Below, one piece after another: positions 62,757 to 63,137 of a stretch of DNA of 63,137 bases. The notes under the pieces are model-generated. The model ran no database searches and had not been told where the DNA came from. It saw nothing but the letters and a program-made list of their open reading frames with translations. Each line of letters starts with the position of its first letter. Position 1 is the stretch's first letter. The stretch is taken from positions 1-63,137 of the forward strand of contig JAHENO010000011.1 in assembly GCA_018609945.1 (NCBI GenBank), in the 5' to 3' direction. Source of the DNA: Haloarculaceae archaeon (lineage in GTDB: Archaea > Halobacteriota > Halobacteria > Halobacteriales > Haloarculaceae). The position numbers were made by a program, and so were the translations under genes.

Positions 62757-63137
62757 ATGGACGCAATCGTCGTCGGTGGCGGCATCGTCGGGCTCGCCTC
62801 GGCGTACTCCCTGGCCGAACGCGGCGTGGACGTGACCCTCTACGAGAAGGGCTCACTCGGGTCGGGCAGCACGGCACGCGCCGCGGGGGGCATCCGCTCA
62901 CAGTTCACCACGCCGGTGAACGTGGAGCTCTCGCTGGCGAGCAAGGCGGTCTGGAACCGCTTCGAGGCGGATTTCGGCGTCGACATCGCGTACCGAAAGA
63001 ACGGCTACCTCTTCCTGGCTCGCAGCGAGGACACCGCCGAGCGGTTCCGCGAGAACGTCCGGATGCAGCGGGACCTGGGCGCCGAGAGCGAGTTCCTGAC
63101 GCCCGCGGAGGCGACCGAGCACTGCCCGGGCCTGCAC
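62757..63137 (+). CDS. FAD-dependent oxidoreductase, DAO / sarcosine-oxidase-beta-like (copy 2); N-terminal 127 codons, runs off the window
   Basis: Hand translation from ATG 62757: MDAIVVGGGIVGLASAYSLAERGVDVTLYEKGSLGSGSTARAAGGIRSQF... There is no stop in the window, so it is absent from the ORF track. Confidence 0.82.
   Translation, partial: MDAIVVGGGIVGLASAYSLAERGVDVTLYEKGSLGSGSTARAAGGIRSQFTTPVNVELSLASKAVWNRFEADFGVDIAYRKNGYLFLARSEDTAERFRENVRMQRDLGAESEFLTPAEATEHCPGLH

Overview
High-GC (about 65-70% by eye) haloarchaeal chromosomal segment. The proteins are acidic, and many starts sit 25-35 nt downstream of a short AT-rich TATA-like patch, so they look leaderless. Archaeal markers present are DtdA, FtsZ and a mevalonate-pathway decarboxylase. 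Bases 1-22 kb are core/housekeeping: aroE, a Tat-PEBP operon with three tiny membrane proteins, a non-canonical Nramp-like transporter, a CaCA exchanger, dtdA, ftsZ, an alpha/beta hydrolase, a TauE permease, an MVA decarboxylase, an NDH-2-like oxidoreductase, four small Cys-rich proteins, tRNA-Ser(GGA), a P-loop kinase-like protein, UDG, msrA and ileS. Bases 22-63 kb are a tightly packed mosaic of catabolic enzymes and three ABC importers in which I could not recognise any transcription factor. It holds two ALS-like TPP enzymes, HyuB/HyuA, an orphan CoxL-type molybdoenzyme, an LLM oxidoreductase, a DhbE-like adenylating enzyme and an MDR dehydrogenase. It also holds two FAD-oxidoreductase plus OCD pairs, a cyclase/amidohydrolase/Rieske/unknown operon, two inverted paralogous Liv-type transporters, a hydrolase, a PotA/FbpC-type transporter, two aminotransferases, a SnoaL-like protein and an ALDH. 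I found no rRNA, CRISPR array, integrase or transposase, and nothing resembling a known defence system. The items most worth a second look are these. (1) A tandem pair of 43-aa zinc-ribbon microproteins, one of which is missing from the ORF track. (2) A 437-bp GC-rich non-coding spacer with internal repeats at 31.1-31.5 kb. (3) A perfectly nested 82-nt double hairpin at 41.2 kb that borders a lower-GC Liv cluster. (4) Several enzyme modules of unknown substrate in the 22-63 kb island. All functional calls come from motif and family recognition by eye. No database search was run.
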